From: a virus
IMG/VR virus record: IMGVR_UViG_3300046170_000470
Length of the DNA stretch: 64,000 nucleotides
Strand: one strand, 5' to 3'
Part shown: positions 60,480 through 64,000 of the stretch, piece after piece
Layout of the letters: each line of letters begins with the position of its first letter
How positions within the stretch are numbered: position 1 is the first letter of the stretch
The notes under the pieces: generated by a model
Databases searched by the model: none
What the model saw: only the letters and a program-made list of their open reading frames with translations
Told to the model about the DNA's origin: nothing
Program-made: the position numbers and the translations under genes

Positions 60480-60916
60480 AAGGATTAGGAGACTTAATTG
60501 AGAAAATAATTACAATTATAACCTTTGGCCAAGGAAAAAGAATAGCTACTTACATAGCTAAATTAAGAGGTAAAAAAGATTGTGGTTGTGACAAAAGGCA
60601 GGAATATCTAAATAAAAAAATAAGTTTTAAAATGGAAGAACAAAAAAATATTAAATTAGATTGGACTAAAAGTTGGCCTCATATTAGAGGACAAGTTTCA
60701 TGTTCATGTCAGTTTGATTATGGGTATATTGAAGTAAAAGATAAAAAAGATAATTTTATAACTGAAACTAAATTCACTAATCCACCTAGATTAAGTGGTC
60801 AATTAACAACCATAGAATTAAAGATCCCTAATATCTCCACACCAAGCTATTTTAATATTAGATTCCATAAATTAGAAGGGGGTTTTACCCAAGATATAAA
60901 AGTAAATATTAACTAA
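60476..60916 (+). CDS. Hypothetical protein (GLGD...DCGCDKR motif)
   Basis: ORF track. Confidence 0.55.
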   Translation: MKGLGDLIEKIITIITFGQGKRIATYIAKLRGKKDCGCDKRQEYLNKKISFKMEEQKNIKLDWTKSWPHIRGQVSCSCQFDYGYIEVKDKKDNFITETKFTNPPRLSGQLTTIELKIPNISTPSYFNIRFHKLEGGFTQDIKVNIN

Positions 60917-60928
60917 AACTTAAATATT

Positions 60929-61780
60929 ATGAAAATATTAGTTACAGGGGGGGTTGGTTTTATAGGGACAACTTTAATTAAAAAACTATTAGATGAAGGA
61001 CATAATGTTCATTCATTAGATAATTATGAAATAGGCCTAAAAGATAATGAACAACCAGGATGTCATTACCATATAGGAGATATTGAAAACATAAACCTAA
61101 TGGATAAAGATTTTGATTTAATTTTTCATTTAGCAGCTTTATCTAGAATACAACCCTCATTTAATAACCCAGAAGAAACATTTAGGGTTAATACCATTGG
61201 AACACAAAAGGTGTGTGAATTTGCTAGATTAACGGGAGCTAAAGTTATATATGCTGGTTCCTCTTCTAGATGGCATAACCCATATCAATCACCTTATGCT
61301 GCGTATAAACATATGGGAGAAGAAATATGCAAGATGTATAAAAAAACCTATGGGATGGATATTGAAATCACTAGATTTTACAATGTATATGGTCCAAATG
61401 AAATTATAGACAGTGATTGGGCAGCAGTAATAGGTATTTGGAGAAGACAAGTAAGAGACGGACAAAAAATTACAATAATAGGAGATGGGGAACAAAGAAG
61501 AGATTTTACTCATGTAGATGATATTTGTGATGCTCTTTGGAGAATTGGAATGAAAAACGAAAAGCATGAAGATGCTTGGGAATTAGGCACGGGTATGAAT
61601 TATTCTATTAATGAAGTATATCAAATGTTTAGAGAAAGATTTGGAGTTGGTTTTATTAATCTTCCTAACCAACCCGGGAATTATAGAAAAACATTAAGAG
61701 AAAATGATGATAGCCTAACCAGATTAGGATGGGAACCCTCAGATAAATTAAGAGATTATATATTTAGCTTAAATAAATGA
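60929..61780 (+). CDS. NAD-dependent sugar epimerase/dehydratase
   Basis: VTGGVGFIG, HLAA, YAAYK, RFYNVYGP and GDGEQRRDF motifs. Confidence 0.92.
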   Translation: MKILVTGGVGFIGTTLIKKLLDEGHNVHSLDNYEIGLKDNEQPGCHYHIGDIENINLMDKDFDLIFHLAALSRIQPSFNNPEETFRVNTIGTQKVCEFARLTGAKVIYAGSSSRWHNPYQSPYAAYKHMGEEICKMYKKTYGMDIEITRFYNVYGPNEIIDSDWAAVIGIWRRQVRDGQKITIIGDGEQRRDFTHVDDICDALWRIGMKNEKHEDAWELGTGMNYSINEVYQMFRERFGVGFINLPNQPGNYRKTLRENDDSLTRLGWEPSDKLRDYIFSLNK

Positions 61781-62400
61781 AAATAAGTTACGCAATTACA
61801 GTTTGTAATGAGATAGTAGAAATTCAACGTCTAGTATCTTTTTTATTAGAATACAAACGTTTCGAGGACGAGATTGTTATATTATATGATAGTAAAGGAG
61901 GCACTAAACCAGTAGAAGAATATTTACGTTCTCATTCAGTAAATGGAGAATTTACATGGCATAGTGGAGAGTTTGAAGATCATTTTGCTGATTGGAAAAA
62001 TAAACTAACATCCTATTGTTCAGGAGATTATATTTTTCAGATAGATGCAGATGAGATACCTAATGAAGTATTACTTAGTAATTTAAAAGGTATTATAGAA
62101 AACAACCCCAATAATGAAGTGTTTTTAGTTCCTAGAGTAAATACTGTAGAAGGATTAACCCAGGAACATACTACTAAATGGAGATGGAATATTGATGATG
62201 AAGGAAGAGTTAATTGGCCTGATTATCAATGGAGAATTTGGAAGAATAAACCTGAAATCAAATGGGCTAATAAGGTACATGAAAGATTAGAAGGTTTTAA
62301 AACATATGCCCCACTTCCTGCTTTACACGATTTAGCTTTAGTTCATCCTAAAACAATAGAAAGACAAGAAAAACAAAATAAATATTACGATACATTATGA
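61777..62400 (+). CDS. GT2 glycosyltransferase
   Basis: IDADE, WPDYQ.R and KVHE motifs. Confidence 0.85.
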   Translation: MKISYAITVCNEIVEIQRLVSFLLEYKRFEDEIVILYDSKGGTKPVEEYLRSHSVNGEFTWHSGEFEDHFADWKNKLTSYCSGDYIFQIDADEIPNEVLLSNLKGIIENNPNNEVFLVPRVNTVEGLTQEHTTKWRWNIDDEGRVNWPDYQWRIWKNKPEIKWANKVHERLEGFKTYAPLPALHDLALVHPKTIERQEKQNKYYDTL

Positions 62401-63539
62401 AGAAAATTTGGTACGCACCGTATAAACATGAAGCATTTGGTCAAGAAGAAATTGACGCCGTTGTAGAATCATTAAAATCTGGATGGTTAGGGGGACAAGG
62501 TCCTAAATCTGTTGAATTTGAAGAAAAAATTGCTAAAACATTTGGTAAAAAACATGGTGTATTTGTTAACTCGGGTTCTTCAGCCTGTTTATTAGCTATC
62601 GCTGCTTTGGATTTACCCAAAGGAACTAAAATCATTACTCCCGCTTGTACATTTGCTACCACATTAGCTCCCATTATTCAATTAGGATATGTACCTGTAT
62701 TTGTAGATGTGGATTTAACTACTTACTGTGCTAATATAGAACAAGTCATAGCTAAAGTAACAGATGATACTTCAGCAATTATGTTACCTAATTTAATTGG
62801 TAATAAACCAGATTGGGATAAGTTAAAGAGATACTTAGTAGAAATGGGGAGAGAAGATATTTTCTTAATCGAAGATTCAGCCGATACCTTAACTAAAACT
62901 CCAGTAACAGATGTTGCCACTACAAGTTTTTATGCTTCACACGTTATTACAGCTGGGGGTGTAGGTGGAATGGTAATGTATAATGATAAAAAACATGTTA
63001 CTAAATGCTTGCAATATAGAGATTGGGGTCGTTTAGGTGATGATTCTGAGATTATGGATGATAGATTTAATCATATTGTAGATGGGATTCCATATGATCA
63101 TAAGTTTTTATATAGTGTATTAGGGTACCATATGAAAGCTAGTGAAATGAATGCTGCCTTTGGTTTAGTTCAATTAGAAAGATTTAAAGTAAATGCTGGT
63201 ATTAGAAGAGCAAATGCTGAACGTTATTTAGAAAACTTAAAAGGGATTGGGGATCTAATTTTACCTGACGATAGCATTAAACCTAATTGGTTAGCAATGC
63301 CCTTACAAACAGAAAAAAGATTTGAATTATTAAACTTTTTAGAAGATAATAACATCCAAACTCGAGTAACATTTGCTGGTAATGTAACTAGACATCCAGT
63401 TTATCGTGAGTATCTAGAAGACTTTGAAAATTCAGATATTATTATGAAAAATGGATTTTTGTTAGGAGCTCACCATGGGATGACTATTGAAGATGTAGAT
63501 ATTGTATGTGATAAAGTTAAAGAATTTTTTAATAAATAA
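62397..63539 (+). CDS. DegT-family B6 enzyme, RfbH/ColD-type 3-dehydratase-like
   Basis: VNSGSSA, IEDSAD; SFYASH with His in place of the Schiff-base Lys; YRDWGR. Confidence 0.8.
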   Translation: MKKIWYAPYKHEAFGQEEIDAVVESLKSGWLGGQGPKSVEFEEKIAKTFGKKHGVFVNSGSSACLLAIAALDLPKGTKIITPACTFATTLAPIIQLGYVPVFVDVDLTTYCANIEQVIAKVTDDTSAIMLPNLIGNKPDWDKLKRYLVEMGREDIFLIEDSADTLTKTPVTDVATTSFYASHVITAGGVGGMVMYNDKKHVTKCLQYRDWGRLGDDSEIMDDRFNHIVDGIPYDHKFLYSVLGYHMKASEMNAAFGLVQLERFKVNAGIRRANAERYLENLKGIGDLILPDDSIKPNWLAMPLQTEKRFELLNFLEDNNIQTRVTFAGNVTRHPVYREYLEDFENSDIIMKNGFLLGAHHGMTIEDVDIVCDKVKEFFNK

Positions 63540-63542
63540 TAA

Positions 63543-64000
63543 ATGGAATATATAAAATATAATACAGACCAATATCCTTTCAGAGAGGTTATAAAAGAAA
63601 TATTAGAAACTAACAGCTTAGAACAAATTCATAATGAACAAGAATATGAATTGTTTATTAAGGGTACAGATCAATCAACAGTGTGGCATCGCCGATACTA
63701 TGATAATCTAGATCAATTCTTACCTTTATATGATACTTTTATAAATGAAGTAGTAAAACCCACATTTGGGGAAGAAATAGTATATCAAAAAATCCCTACT
63801 TTTAGAACTCAGTTAGTAAATAATTTAGGTGTTTTTGAATTTCATAGAGATAGGGATTATTCACATAATGAAGAAGAACGTAATTTCTTTTTACCCTTTA
63901 CTGATGCTTATGCTACTAACACTATCTGGGTAGAATCTGAAGAAGATAAAGCGGATTATTCCCCTATGACTACTCTATATGGACACGTTGTAAAATGGAA
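63543..64000 (+). CDS. StrG-like 2OG-Fe(II) dioxygenase (5' part, runs off the window)
   Basis: Manual translation ...YQKIPTFR....FHRDRDYSH..EERNFFLPFT....TNTIWVES. Confidence 0.65.
   Translation, partial: MEYIKYNTDQYPFREVIKEILETNSLEQIHNEQEYELFIKGTDQSTVWHRRYYDNLDQFLPLYDTFINEVVKPTFGEEIVYQKIPTFRTQLVNNLGVFEFHRDRDYSHNEEERNFFLPFTDAYATNTIWVESEEDKADYSPMTTLYGHVVKW

Noticed and set aside
360-62920. Other minus-strand ORFs in the track
   Set aside because: All overlap confident plus-strand genes and show no recognisable motifs
1-64000. tRNA/rRNA genes and alternative genetic code
   Set aside because: No cloverleaf or T-loop signatures noticed in the few intergenic gaps; genes read through normally with all three standard stop codons in use

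Overview
An AT-rich 64-kb segment of a large T4-like (contractile-tailed) bacteriophage, with essentially all genes on the + strand. The host is very probably a Bacteroidota/Flavobacteriia bacterium. Evidence: NNTG-N20-TATATT promoters, signal peptides with Gln at +1, a T9SS-tail-like domain, and Hc1-like and DUF2452-like genes. Gene order: end of major capsid gene, phoH, neck/tail/baseplate module (with a glycosyltransferase and an Aah/TibC-like heptosyltransferase inserted), replication genes (family-A-like polymerase, SSB, RecA/UvsX, flap nuclease, helicase, nrdB/nrdA), a 5.6-kb operon of exported envelope proteins, and a lysis cassette. These are followed by a 7-deazaguanine DNA-modification cluster (dpdA-like, queC/D/E, folE, PRTase, MazG-like), a split family-B polymerase, clamp and loader, Hsp20/GroES/GroEL, a Cas4-like nuclease and a sugar/glycosyltransferase cluster. 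The best candidate for an undescribed system is the envelope operon at 28226-33810. It holds two CsgG-like paralogues, a cohesin/dockerin-like protein, a lipidated stand-alone T9SS-tail-like domain and a stalked beta-barrel, and a GGCGGCAACC hairpin sits in the leader of each half. A second candidate is a small membrane-protein gene enclosed by a 22-nt inverted repeat containing a boxA-like sequence (9103-9453). About 14 single-base homopolymer insertions break conserved genes and are most likely sequencing errors. All family assignments come from motif recognition by eye; no searches were run.
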